Source: Macrostomum lignano (Eukaryota). From it: a DNA stretch of 64,000 bases. Positions 11,450-24,170 of this stretch are shown here, one piece after another (position 1 is the first letter of the stretch; every line of letters starts with the position of its first letter). The DNA lies in contig NIVC01003412.1 in NCBI GenBank assembly GCA_002269645.1, positions 35,280 to 99,279 of the forward strand, written 5' to 3'. The notes under the pieces are model-generated. The model ran no database searches. It had not been told where the DNA came from and saw only the letters and a program-made list of their open reading frames with translations. Position numbers and translations under genes: made by a program.

Positions 11450-13240
11450 CTGCACGCAGGTTCTTCATTTCACGTCGGCACCAATGCTCTTCATGGTGCA
11501 GCCGAAGGTGAGCAAAAGTTTAAAAAACTTGCTTATGCACCCGCGTGTGATGCAGTTCGCAGGCAGGTAGTGCTACTAATTGTAATTGTGCACGGAGGTG
11601 GTCAACAAACCGAGCTGCCGCACGAGGCTGGATTATGAAGCTGGGTGTCAGGGCTGTAAACTCGGCTTCCATCTTCATAAATGCAACAAGCGCCACCGGC
11701 GAGGGCACAGTCAACCCGCGGGATGCATGCGAGTAGGTCTTGTGCTGGATGTGAACCCCCGCAGGTGTGGAAGCAAATTGTTGCGCAGATGACAGTGAAG
11801 AACTCGGCTTCGCTTTAGCACATATCCGCCAACGTACTCAGCAGCTTCCAGCGAGGCATTGCTTGCATCCTGCCAGGAGTCCAGCTTTTCTTGGAGCAGC
11901 TGCTGCTGTGGTACCTGGCATGCAACACTGCTTGAGTTCGGTGGACCCGCTTTGGTAGTCACACAGTCTCCGGCACCGGTGGGGGCGTAGGCTGCTGTGA
12001 TGCCAGCATCACAGTTGTCGTCTTCGCAGTTGCGGGACGTCGAGTCAGGCTGGGCCAGGCCGCTGGCAGCCACGGACCGCAGGGCACCGACAAAGGAGCT
12101 GAGCTCTGGTCTGTCGTTAAAACAGTTGTGCCCGCGGATAATGCAGAAAAATTCTGAAGAGGAGAATTGTGCGATGCCCTTTGTTTCATCGATGCAAATT
12201 CATGCAACGATCTAAATCCCGGCCTTGTGGCTAGCTGTCAGGCACTCATCAATAGCTATTCCAAATCCTTCTTGGCCAAGAGTTCGAAAACAGGATAATA
12301 TGCGATTGCTTGTTTCCAGTCCTGAAAGACTCATCGAAGCACAGCGACGATGGCCTCGTTTACAGGTCTGGGCAACTGCTCCTTGCTGTCATCAGGGGTT
12401 CGTGGATCGCAGCCCACAACCATGTCACGATGTTGCTGGTAGCGCAGGCTGGGTGTAAGGCTCATTCCATCGAAGCAAAGGGTAGCAATCCGCTGCTGAT
12501 TGGTCGATGATGCATCAAACTTGGACTGCAAGGATCGCATCGTCAAGTTGCAAATCCCAGGCAATACGAAATACTGTCGAATTCGCCACCTAATTGTCGA
12601 CCTTGATGGTAGCGGGATTTTCCACTTATTGCGTAAGCTGACGAGCCTTTTTGATGCAGCTGAATTGAGCACGCAATGTCTGCTTTGGTCCAGCGCATGC
12701 CGCGGCTGCAAACATCACGCCTGAACTTCTGCTGCATCAGACGACTAGCTATTGAGCTGCTTAGCATGACCTTGTTTAGCATGACCTTGGTTGGTTAAGC
12801 TGTTGGCTGTTGGCATTGCCTGCTCTTCGGCCTGTGGTGGCTCACCATCAGTGCTGTTGAATGGCTGCAGTTCAGGTGGATAGAGATTGTCAGCCTCTTC
12901 GTCACTGCAAACAACCAAATGTGTCAGGTCATGTGCAATGAGGCGGGGTAGAGTCAGCTCCCTGTCTAGAAAGGCATTCCACCGTAAACGTGCGGTATCT
13001 TCATGTCGCAGAGAAGGACAGCTGTAATCATTGTCAGTAAAATGCACATTGCACACTCGCAATCCCATCTTGCGAATGGCTCCGATGTCCAAGTCGATTT
13101 CCAGCATTTGCCTCCATCGATTCGCAACTCCGTCGTCCGCTGGAAACCTGTGCATTCGCACAGCCACTCCCTCGTCTGTTAGAGATTGCGCTGTATGGGT
13201 GCAGGTAGCTGCACACAGCAGCGCTTTGAGCTGAATTTCA
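11450..13240 (-). mobile_element. Decayed THAP/P-element-type transposase
   Basis: THAP-like CAATC...HRFP...W...RVCNVHF (ORF 12745-13167 plus upstream, frameshift near start). Transposase core LPSRSTIRWRI...PG...RIATLCFDGMSLTPSLRY...D.VVG (12331-12711), then DWKQAIAYY and C-terminal EYVGGYVLKR; multiple stops. No TIR identified. Confidence 0.8.
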
Positions 13241-13944
13241 TATCAGTCTGGTGATTGCACGAAGCGTTGCTGGTGTTTTTGTCAGTCTGTTCTGTGCTCT
13301 GTTTGCTGGTAAGCCTCAAACTGCAAAACGAGTATAAAATCTTTCCTTTCTCCGTCCTGCCTTGTTCCTTTAAACTCCGTATCTCGTCCCAGTTGACTAC
13401 TAGCTAAAAACGAAGTCAATCAATCGATTTCTTCGACTGTCTATGACCAAGACCAACGCCTTTTTAGGATGGGTGCAGATTTTAACAGTGTGTTTTACGC
13501 CTAAGAATTTTGATCCGCTGCCAAGCTTGGCCATAGTTAAAGAATTGAAAGCGCCAAAGTTGTGCGTGTGTGATGACGCGGGCAGCCAGCCCATTATTTT
13601 CTCCAAATATTTTATGCCAAGACAAAAAATAGAGCAAATATGAGCTTATGCCACTGGACAGAGAGTAGCAAGTCAAACTGACACACGCCTAAGAACAGCA
13701 CGCCTATTCAATTGGGAGGAGGGATAGACAAATTGCCTGGGGAGGGTTGTGCGTGCTGGGGAAGAGGGGAGACAGTAAGTAGGAGGAATCAGGGAGGAAT
13801 CGAGCCACTGCAGACAGTCTAAGCCACTGCAGACAGTCAGTGGCTTAGAAAATTGGAAAAAAAGACCGCGAAAGACAGCAAATAACCTTTCTGAAAAATC
13901 TGTCTCAACGGATGAACATGAACAGCTTCGAAATACTTCACGTC

Positions 13945-16289
13945 TCAATAGACCGTGCTTTGTGGAAGACTGCATGGGGTCGCCAACATTCTCCTTCGAT
14001 ATGGCATCTGGAGATCATCTTGTTCATCATCAGATGAAGCAGCAGCCAATAATGGCGTTACGTTATGGCTTTCGCTGGCGCTGTTTTTCGACAATTTTTT
14101 CTTTCTTTTAAAGACGATTATTCCCAGTACTAAAACAAAAATTAGAGGGAGAATCACAATCCCTAGAGTGATACCAACGTTCAATGAATCGCTTTCAAGT
14201 GTTTTTGCTGAGCGGCTCTTGGGTGAGTTCCAGCCTTGAATAGTTTTATGCGTGAGCACTTTTGCGGTACTCGGGTAGCACAGGTGATTCAGTTCTCTAA
14301 AAATCGCATTTCTGGAGATCATCTTTGTTTCTTGATCGCAATTTCTGATCACCGCTCTCTCAGGAAACATAATAAGAATCGGAAATGGTCTTCTGCATTC
14401 GCTGAAATCAAAGATTGATCTCTCCGATGCGTCTACTCTAAGAACAGAGCACGGGCCTGCGATTCGACGTGGCTCGCTAAAAATCGAAATAGTAAAATTT
14501 ATTTACGAGGTATTGTCCTAGCACTCAACTTTAACCAGAGCAATGTGGTAACACTTACAACTCTCTGAAACTCGATATTTGCTGAAGTTTGATGTAGTTT
14601 TTAAAATCTCCGTCCATACTGACTATGGAAAGCACTGAGACGTCAGTCCTCTTGTAGAACATTCCGAGACGCACTGGCTGAGTCAAGTTCAGAGGCCGTC
14701 TGTACGGATGCGCAGACAGTCTGGCTGTGTCTAAAACCGTTTTGATGCTCATTTTTATAATAAAGTAGCCACGAAGATGAAAATTTAAAACAGATGTTGA
14801 AAGTTGCTACTTACTTGCAGCTATCAGACTGCGGATCTCAGACATGCTGGAGAAGCTGGCCAGCTGAGCATCGCCTCTGATGCTGGACATTGCGGCTGTC
14901 ACATTGGCTCGGAGTTCGCTCAAAGCGTAGCAGTTTCTGTTGAAGCTGAGCATGTCTCTGTGGCAGAGTCCAGGGAGAATGAGCAGGAGTCTCAGCTTTA
15001 CCTGGGCGGCACGTTGATACCTCGGGTCCCAGCTTGCCTCCACCGTGAGCGGGAACCTAAAATAGCAATTCAAAGCATGATATCAAATGGGCATGACTGT
15101 TTGCCTTCTTGAGTTGATCTCCATTACATTTTTTCTCAGTTTGAAAATTTTCAAGCACCAAAGGATCTCTCTATCTCATTGACGAACATGGATTTTTGCG
15201 GTTGGACGCGAAACATCCCAGCAGTCACGGGAATTTCTCCTCCGCTGTAGCTGATGACCAACTTTGCTGATCCAGTTTGATTCTCTCCCGATTGTAAGCG
15301 TAAGTCGGTGTTGTCGGCAGAACCGATGAGCAACCCCTGTAGGACAAGCTGCATGTCTTCTTGAGCAGCAGAATTCTTAATGATCCACCTGCATCTCCTG
15401 TAGCTCGTATCCAACTCGTCCGTCAGCACTCTCGGAATGATGCTCTCGTCTCGGTGGAAGAAATCGTCAACTGTTATCAGCATTGTGAGCCCATTCACGC
15501 AGTAGTGGTTGGCGCCTCGGCAACTGGAAATGCGGCGAAAACGAAGACACTGACTGTAATAAACAGTGACACAAACTGGTGAACCGGTCAAAAATATTGA
15601 CCAAATCATCGCCTTTCGGGCAGGTGCTAGAAATTGGGAAAATGATTTTACTCAAGAAAGCTTGACTGCAACTGTTCGTACAATGCTGTCTGAGCGTTTG
15701 TGTAAAAATACATTTATATGTTTCATATAGCTATAGCTGCTACATTCACCCGTGTTTCATCGAACGCACAGTGCACCGATACAGTATAGCGGTATATCAA
15801 GACGCAGTTTCTATTGACACTAACACTGTATTCTGAGGGCCTTAGATTCTGTGGAAAAATTCCTGTCAGGGACTACTTAGTCCTTGGGTAAGAGCTTAGG
15901 CGATTATTACTGTGATGCTTAATTCTTATTGGCTAGGAAACATTAAAAATGCGACAAGGGGCAGGGCTGCGGACAAAAATGGGGATAGAGCAGGGGGGGG
16001 GGCAGCCAATCACTCTTAAGCGCGCAAAACAGAGGGAGAAAGAATGGGGGAGTGCAGGCAGATAGAGGGAGGGGGTCCACGAAGACGGCTGGGAGAGGAG
16101 GTTGGCGCAAACACTGGCCGAAGGGGGGGAAAGAGTGGAATTCACGGCCCGTGTGACCAAGTGCTCGAGACTGCGTATCAATGGAATTGTACAGGCACAA
16201 AACTGTGTATAAAATTCTTACCCAGGGCTCGTCAGCACCTGGAGCAGCACAAACACTGCTGTCAAAGTCGGAAGTGGTAAATTTAGCAT
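13945..16289 (-). CDS. Receptor paralogue C
   Basis: Exons 16222-16289 (MLNLPLPTLTAVFVLLQVLTSP, GTAAGA donor), 15188-15523 (336 nt, near-identical to B exon 2), 14815-15056 (242 nt CTL-like), 14559-14730 (172 nt), 13945-14476 (GPC...TM VGITLGIVILPLIFVLVLGIIVF-KRKKK). Phases 2,2,1,2. Confidence 0.75.
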
Positions 16290-16748
16290 AAGAAGCTCGT
16301 ATGAACTGCCGCCACGGACCTTAAGCAGACCAGTTAAATCGTATAGAATCAAACGATTATGACAGCATAATTTTATAATATATTTTTCATAGCTAGCTTT
16401 GCAAACGAGCATCTATCTTGTGCTTATAGTTTTTCTCGTTTTCAACCGTACAGAGCACCGAGCAGTATTGTTGTTGAGGCTAAGCAAATGGAGCTTTGAG
16501 TTCTCCGCATCACTCGCAGATGTAGCTACGAGTACACGCTTATAAATAAGTTTTGTGCACAAAAGTTGGGTAATTATTAGGTGCTTCGCTAATACAATTA
16601 ATTTTAGTACCTTGCTATTCGATTCTCCTGTTTCTGAGCTGTAAGCAGAACCTAAGCACCTTACATCGTCTGTGCTTAAACCGTAAAAGCGAAGAAAAAA
16701 GCAAGCTGCATAAGCCAATAATTTTTTTAATTTCCAATTTCCTGTTAG

Positions 16749-18958
16749 TGATGTAACCGCCCTTGTCGCCTGTCCGCTCCGTAGAGAGACGAACGCATGA
16801 CTAGAGGGGGCAATGACCGTAGGCTGCCTATGACCGGGCAATGACCTGACGGACCTCCAGCACCAGACTGTCCCGCCCACATGATTAGTAGCTTTGGTAG
16901 CGCTTCGTGACCAGAGGGCCAAGGACCCACATGGACCCCACCTGTAGCCAAGGTGCAATAGTTGGTCACTCGGTCATAGTATGACCGAGTGGCTGCCACC
17001 ACTCTATGTGACCTGGCGCACCTGGATCTTTCTACCAGACCTCTCGAGGCTAGAGCCCCGCCTGGATTGGTTACCAGGGGATTTAGGCTAACAGGGGAGA
17101 CGCATGCAGCCGAGTACAGGGACTCTGCTTGGGGCATGATCGGGAACTCTGGGCTCAATCCTGGAGGATTTCTCAGCAGGGGATCCTTTGTGGCTGTGAG
17201 CGAGGCTGACTTGCGACTTTGATTACTAAGAGTAGTATGAGGCGAACATGTACTGTCTACAGTTTAGATTGCTCAGGGCGAAGGGACGCGTCAGCATGGG
17301 GTTGCAACCTTCCTACTGCCATTCTGTGCCAAGACTCGCTAATCCCTCTACTGCACGCACACGCGGCCCCGCAGCACGCACTCACAGGCGGGCTTTGCAC
17401 GGGGAGAGGCCATTAGCTTACCCAAACTTCCTTATGCTTTGCCACCCCGGGAGAAAGGCTTAGCAAGCCATGAGTTAAATGATGGTGAAAGATTGAATAA
17501 TGATGAAGTTAGTTAATAGTTAATAATTAGGCCCTTAGGCGAATAAGCAGGCAATTAGGCGGCTTCACTATTGAGTGAAATACAGCAAAAGATACGGTAT
17601 CACAATTGGCTCAGCTCTCTAATCAGACAATGGAAAATAGGCAAACCCCGGATAAGCAAAGGCAATTAGAGCACAAATTAGTAGCAGGAACTTACCGGCA
17701 GCTGCACAGAGAGAGAGAGAGAGGCGGAGTGACCGAGGGCGGCTGTAGGCTGCAGTCAGGCAGACGGTGAAGCGGCGATGCGCTGGAGCGACGAGGCGCT
17801 GATGTAGATCAGGCGATGCTGATGATGCTGGGCGGTATCAGACCGCTGGCCGATAGGCGAGCTCACTTGGGGAGCTAAGGATAACTTGGCGGTAACAGAC
17901 CGCGGACCGGCAGGGATTCGTCTTATAGACGAATGGGTCAGAACTCAATCTGACAGCAAGTCCAAAGAAGGACGAGGAGAGGAAAAGTCTGAGGATTCTC
18001 ATGCCGAAATCGCTTCCTTTTATAGACCTCACAGCCGCCTCCTCAAGGTCGTTACCATGGCTCCCTCTCTCTGATTGGCTGCCGGCAGAATGACGTCAGA
18101 ATGAGTCATGATGAGAAGCATGAGACCGGCATAGCAACATGAGAAATCGGGAAATTGCGCAATCCGGAGGTGGGGTGGGGGGATAATTGGCGCAGCGGGT
18201 GGTCGCGAAAGTGTTGCGCAAGCAAACATTGAGAACAATAGGGCTGGGGTCGAGAACAAAGGAATTGGAAATCGGGGATAATTGGGGAAAACTGAGAACA
18301 ATGGAAAAGTAAACATTGGAGAAAAGGTGATAATTAGGTGCGAAAACGAGAACAAAAGAAAGAGAAAATCGGAGAAAATGTGATAATTGGTGGGGGTCGA
18401 GAGAACAAAAGAAGCAAAAACGAGAACAATAGAAGCGGAGGTGGGGTGGGTGTCGCATGAGAAATTTGGGGAGGAGAACAATGGCGTGAGAAAAGGTTGC
18501 GCAAGAGAGAGGGATGAGTCATCGATGAGTCATCGGGGGGAAGAAGGGGTCACACGACTTGCGTCACCGTTTGGGAGTTTGGGAGGGAATGGGGAGACGG
18601 TGAGCACACAAAATACTGTAAGTAGACACAGAGAAGGAGGGGACAGCGCAGGAAAAGAGTGCAGAGGGAGACAAAAAAAGGGGGGAGATAGAGAAAGTAC
18701 AGGAAGAATAGGGCGGGAACAGAAGAGATAGGGTAGAGGGGGAGGTACAGAAAGGGGTAGGGGGCTCCGGAAAGGCAGGTGTGGCGGCAGGAGAGACGGG
18801 ACCAAGGCAGCAGGAGGGGCGCAGCAGAGCGGGAGTCTCCAGGCCCGGTCGGAGACCTGGCCGAGTCTCGACAGCTCTGTGCAGAGGGTGCACGGGATAG
18901 GAGGCACTTTCGAAAAAGTTCCCATGCCCTATCCCGCGACCAGAGCGTGGTTACATCA
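16749..18958 (-). mobile_element. Solo LTR (2210 bp), family 1
   Basis: 10-bp terminal inverted repeat TGATGTAACC...GGTTACATCA, 4-bp TSD TTAG (16745-16748 and 18959-18962); CCAAT (18074-18078) and CTATAAAAG (18017-18025) on the minus strand; no coding capacity. Confidence 0.85.
18017..18532 (-). promoter_or_regulatory. LTR U3 promoter/enhancer: TATA, CCAAT, CRE, AP-1 x3, C/EBP x3
   Basis: TGACGTCA 18091-18098; TGAGTCA at 18102, 18515, 18526; TTGCGCAA at 18155, 18214, ~18498. Motif match only. Confidence 0.55.
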
Positions 18959-19789
18959 TTAGCAGAATATAATGCTTCTCTCGAAAACAGAGTTCTCAAA
19001 CCGGACAAAAATAATCGCCCTGCATCTCTGCAGGCATCTCGCCCTGCTTCATTTAAAGTTCTAAACAAGAATCTGCTCTTCTCGCTGAGGACGATAATCT
19101 CAGAGAGAAACTGATTTACATATACGTAACAATATATCACTTGTTATATTGCGATACCATCATTACAAAAAGTCTTTATGCATCATGCAACAACAGAAAA
19201 AGCACGTGACATTTTTGGCTAAATGCAAGCTTTTTCTGTGCCGTTGAGCGTTAAACGTTAGTAAGAAAGTGTTCGGAAAAGCTTAAGAAATTCATTTTTT
19301 TCTCATTTTGCGAAAAGGGGGATTAATTTAGAAAAAATTCCATATCGACAACAACAACAACAACAACAAAAAATACTTCTCCCGCCAACCACGCAGTGGC
19401 CAGAAATGGGGGAGAAGTCAGAGAGCGCGTCTCTGGGCCATAAAAAATTCACACCCCAGCATCGGTCAAAAGCCTGTCAGGGTATCTCGCCGCTCGCCCT
19501 TGCCCTCGCCTGCGCAGTCCACTTAATGAATAATTACATTTTTTGGTTCCAGTTAAACGAAATAATTTTAATGAATTTAATTTGTTTACGACTTGATAAA
19601 TTACAAAATTTCTATCATTTCAAAACGGTTTGGAGATAAGCAAGCTGTCCATCGGGTCTGTGAGTGAAACTTGCTCTGGTTCCGGAGTTCCGGACTTAAG
19701 CTGTTCCTCTGGTTCGAATATTGCCTAGAATTCGAACTGTTCACCTGGTAATTAGCTAGACTGTGACCCACATCAGCTCGCGTATTCAG

Positions 19790-20940
19790 CATGCCAGTGA
19801 AGTATGAGACAGACCAAGCCTATGGGCTAAGGTCTGCGATGCTCCACGCCTGCCCCTATCTTCAGCAGGTAAAGTCCGGTGGGAGGTCTGCACCCTCTAT
19901 TGCCGCTAGCAGCCGCGTACCCCCCCCCACGCTGTTTCGCAAGCCGACCCAGGGGTACCGGTCCCCGCGAGTGTTCAAGGTAGACCCTGGGGCTGCCGGA
20001 CAGACTGGGCTCCGGCGCTGGGGACCCATCCAGTGGCTTTTGCCGAACTTGGGTATGCAGGTCTGGCTTGCCAGTCCGCAGGCCGTGGTACTGCTCAACG
20101 TACCCTCTAATGCCTAAGGTGTTTGACCGTGCCGATGGGCTGGAAGGCCGGGGAGTAGTCCGGTCGCAAGCGGTCCCCCTCCTGCTGTCGGGCCAGCCTT
20201 GAGGGTTCTTTTGACTGCCCGGTCAGGTGGAGGGGCCGGGTGGGTACCGCGCCCCTTCGAGGGTAGCCAATCAACCTTTATCATGGCCTTCGAGCCGACA
20301 ATGGATAATCAAGCTATATCTAGGGACGGGGACCCTTCTAAACCCCAACCTCAGTCCGAAGGACCGGCTGGCTCTGCTGGCAGATCCAACCAGAGCTACC
20401 TAAACCAAAGTACCCAAAGACCTGCCAGCTCTGCTGGTGGATCTAAGGGAACCGCGAGCTCTGAGCCTAAAGGACCGGCCAAATCTGGCAGATCCGACGA
20501 AGCTCAGCGGGCTCGGCTTGAGCGCAAACGCGCTAAGCAACGCGCCAAAAGGCAGGCCAAGAAGGGAGCCGCGGGGGCCAAAGCGGCGGCGTCCACCATG
20601 GATGCTGAAGCGACTGGCGTCCCAAGGCAACCAGACGGGCCGGTGAAAGCTCCGGTAGTTCAGCGGCGGCGCTCCCTGGAGATGCTGCTGCGGCTGCTGA
20701 GGCCGAAACCACGGCGCAACAAATTGCTACTGCCAACAAGGAGGTTCCTTCGGGAGCTATTTTTGCGGCGAAGGCCAAGGCCAAAATCCCGGGAGTGATC
20801 ATTCAAGGTCGCGACCAGGACTGGACCACTGGTCAGCTTCAAAAAGTGTGGAGTGCTATTGACTGCTATCTGATTGAGCTGACTGTCGAGGAGGGAATCT
20901 CCATCGGCATTTGAGCGGATGGTGCTGCGAAGCACATTCG
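19790..20940 (+). mobile_element. 5' part (UTR plus ORF1/gag-like) of a non-LTR retrotransposon, truncated
   Basis: GC-rich leader, basic low-complexity ORF 20199-20798 (RLERKRAKQRAKRQAKK), continuing after a frameshift as FAAKAKAKIPGVIIQGRDQDWTTGQLQKVWSAIDCYL, reminiscent of R1/LOA-type ORF1. Confidence 0.5.
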
Positions 20941-21179
20941 TTCTTATTGCTTCTATTCTTCAGCAAGCAGAATGTCTCAACTCACTCTAAAGCAGAGACA
21001 GTGATGCTCATTCAAGGTTAAAATAGAAAATTTTATGCAATTTGATGTAATTACATGCTTGAGAATAAAATTCAGATGCAAATATTTTACATAGCTTTGC
21101 TGGAGAACTTCGACAGTACCCTAACCGGACAGTTAGGACAGAAAAACAGGGTCCATCTTCAAATACAGTGTGCATCTTC

Positions 21180-23757
21180 AAGGACAGTGCCCCCTACTCA
21201 AAGACAGTACCCCTACTTAAAGGCAGTTACACCTACTCTAAGACGGTACGCTACTCTGAGATAGTACCCTACTCTAAGACAGTACCCTACTCAAAGACAA
21301 TACCCTACTCAAAGACAGTACCCTACTCAAAGACCATACCCTACTCAAAGACAGTACCCTACTCAAAGACAGTACCCTACTCTAAGACAGTTATCCCTTC
21401 TCTAAGACAGTACCCTACTCAAAGACAGTGCCCTACTCTAAGCTAGTACCTTACTCCAAGACAGTACCCTACTCTAAGACAGTACCATACTCAAAGACAG
21501 TACCCTACTCTAAGACAGTACCCTACTCAAAGACAGTACCCTACTCAAAGACAGTACCCTACTCTAAGACAGTACCCTACTCTAAGACAGTGCCCTACTC
21601 TGAGCCAGTACCTTACTCCAAGACAGTACCCTACTCTAAGACTGTACCCTACTCTAAGACAGTGCCCTACTCTGAGCCAGTACCTTACTCCAAGTCAGTA
21701 CCCTACTCTAAGACAGTACCCTACTCAAAGACAATTAACTCTACTCATAAGGCAGTACCCTACTCAAAGACAGTACCCTACTCAAAGACAGAACCCTACT
21801 CAAAAACAGTACCCTACTCAAAAACAGTACCCTACTCAAAGACAGTTATCCCTTCTCTAAGCCAGTATCCTACTCAAAGACAGTACCCTACTCTAAGACA
21901 GTACCCTACTCTAAGACAGTACCCTACTCTAAGACAGTACCCTACTCAAAGACAGTACCCTACCCAAAGACAGTACCTACTCAAAGACAGTACCCTACTC
22001 AAAGACAGTACCTACTCAAAGACAGTACCCTACTCAAAAGCCAGTACCCTACTCAAAGACAGTTATCCCTTCTCTAAGCCAGTACCCTACTCAAAGACAG
22101 TTATCCCTTCTCTAAGCCAGTACCCTACTCTAAGACAGTACCCTACTCTAAGACAGTACCCTACTCTAAGACAGTACCCTACTCAAAGACAGTTATCTCT
22201 ACTCAAAAGACAGTACCCTACTCAAAGACAGTTATCTCTACTCAAAAGACAGTACCCTACTCAAAGACAGTACCCTACTCAAAGACCATACCCTACTCAA
22301 AGACAGTACCCTACTCAAAGACAGTACCCTACTCTAAGACAGTTATCCCTTCTCTAAGACAGTACCCTACTCAAAGACAGTGCCCTACTCTAAGCTAGTA
22401 CCTTACTCCAAGACAGTACCCTACTCTAAGACAGTACCTTACTCAAAGACAGTACCCTACTCTAAGACAGTACCCTACTCAAAGACAGTACCCTACTCTA
22501 AGACTGTACCCTACTCTAAGACAGTACCCTACTCAAAGACAGTTATCTCTACTCAAAAGACAGTACCCTACTCAAAGACAGTACCCTACTCAAAGACAGA
22601 ACCCTACTCAAAAACAGTACCCTACTCAAAGACAGAACCCTACTCAAAAACAGAACCCTACTCAAAGACAGTACCCTACTCAAAGACAGTTATCCCTTCT
22701 CTAAGCCAGTATCCTACTCAAAGACAGTACCCTACTCAAAGACAGAACCCTACTCAAAAACAGTACCCTACTCAAAAACAGAACCCTACTCAAAAACAGA
22801 ACCCTACTCAAAGACAGTACCCTACTCAAAGACAGTTATCCCTTCTCTAAGCCAGTATCCTACTCAAAGACAGTACCCTACTCAAAGACAGTACCCTACT
22901 CTAAGACAGTACCCTACTCTAAGACAGTACCCTACTCAAAGACAGTACCCTACCCAAAGACAGTACCTACTCAAAGACAGTACCCTACTCAAAGACAGTA
23001 CCTACTCAAAGACAGTACCCTACTCAAAAGCCAGTACCCTACTCAAAGACAGTTATCCCTTCTCTAAGCCAGTACCCTACTCAAAGACAGTTATCCCTTC
23101 TCTAAGCCAGTACCCTACTCAAAGACAGTTATCCCTTCTCTAAGCCAGTACCCTACTCTAAGACAGTACCCTACTCAAAGACAGTTATCCCTTCTCTAAG
23201 ACAGTACCCTACTCAAAGACAGTGCCCTACTCTAAGCTAGTACCTTACTCCAAGACAGTACCCTACTCTAAGACAGTACCTTACTCAAAGACAGTACCCT
23301 ACTCTAAGACTGTACCCTACTCTAAGACAGTGCCCTACTCTGAGCCAGTACCTTACTCCAAGACAGTACCCTACTCTAAGACAGTACCCTACTCTAAGAC
23401 AGTACCCTACTCAAAGACAGTTATCTCTACTCAAAAGACAGTACCCTACTCAAAGACAGTACCCTACTCAAAGACAGAACCCTACTCAAAAACAGTACCC
23501 TACTTAAAAACAGAACCCTACTCAAAAACAGAACCCTACTCAAAGACAGTACCCTACTCAAAGACAGTTATCCCTTCTCTAAGCCAGTACCCTACTCAAA
23601 GACAGTTATCCCTTCTCTAAGCCAGTACCCTACTCAAAGACAGTTATCCCTTCTCTAAGCCAGTACCCTACTCAAAGACAGTTATCCCTTCTCTAAGCCA
23701 GTACCCTACTCAAAGACAGTTATCCCTTCTCTAAGCCAGTACCCTACTCTAAGACAG
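21180..23757. repeat. 18-bp satellite with higher-order structure
   Basis: agacagtaccctactc(a/t)a, about 140 copies; the marker variant gtgccctactctaagctagtacc recurs at 21428, 22380 and 23222. Confidence 0.95.
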
Positions 23758-24170
23758 CAGCATTCTACTCAAACGCAAAGATTATTTTGATTTCTATTCG
23801 AAACAAAACATTTTTTAAGGATAGTACATACTTTGAAGTATATCTGATATTGTGCTGAGCAAACCGTTATTTTTTTCTGCGAATGACTAGCAATTGAATT
23901 CAAATATTGTCACAATTGTTACGTCGAAATAACATAAAACGTCTTAAAACTTTCCTCAAAACAAAAGTATCATTTTCCATACAGTGGCCCTTTTAACATT
24001 AATCAATTGCTTGCCATCATTACTGTTATATAGCTAGATTATAAATCTAGTATTACATGTCGTATAGAAGTCCTTGATCGTAACTTTCGCAGACAGATAA
24101 GGTTTCCCAGACAGTTCTGTGAGCCATTCAAAAAATCACATCATTTGAACTTCTTACACTATAGAAATAA

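Noticed and set aside
16413-16750. LRR-like LHLLSLNNN in ORF 16413-16958
   Set aside because: Single motif; the ORF is chimeric across the LTR boundary at 16749.
21168-23620. Long ORFs of (SKTVPY)n
   Set aside because: By-product of an 18-bp unit without stops; frames shift repeatedly and have no unique flanking coding sequence.
21180-23757. CRISPR-like appearance of this and other regular arrays (also 39-48 kb, 50.7-51 kb)
   Set aside because: Units are head-to-tail with no unique spacers, no cas genes, and the context is eukaryotic; they are satellites.
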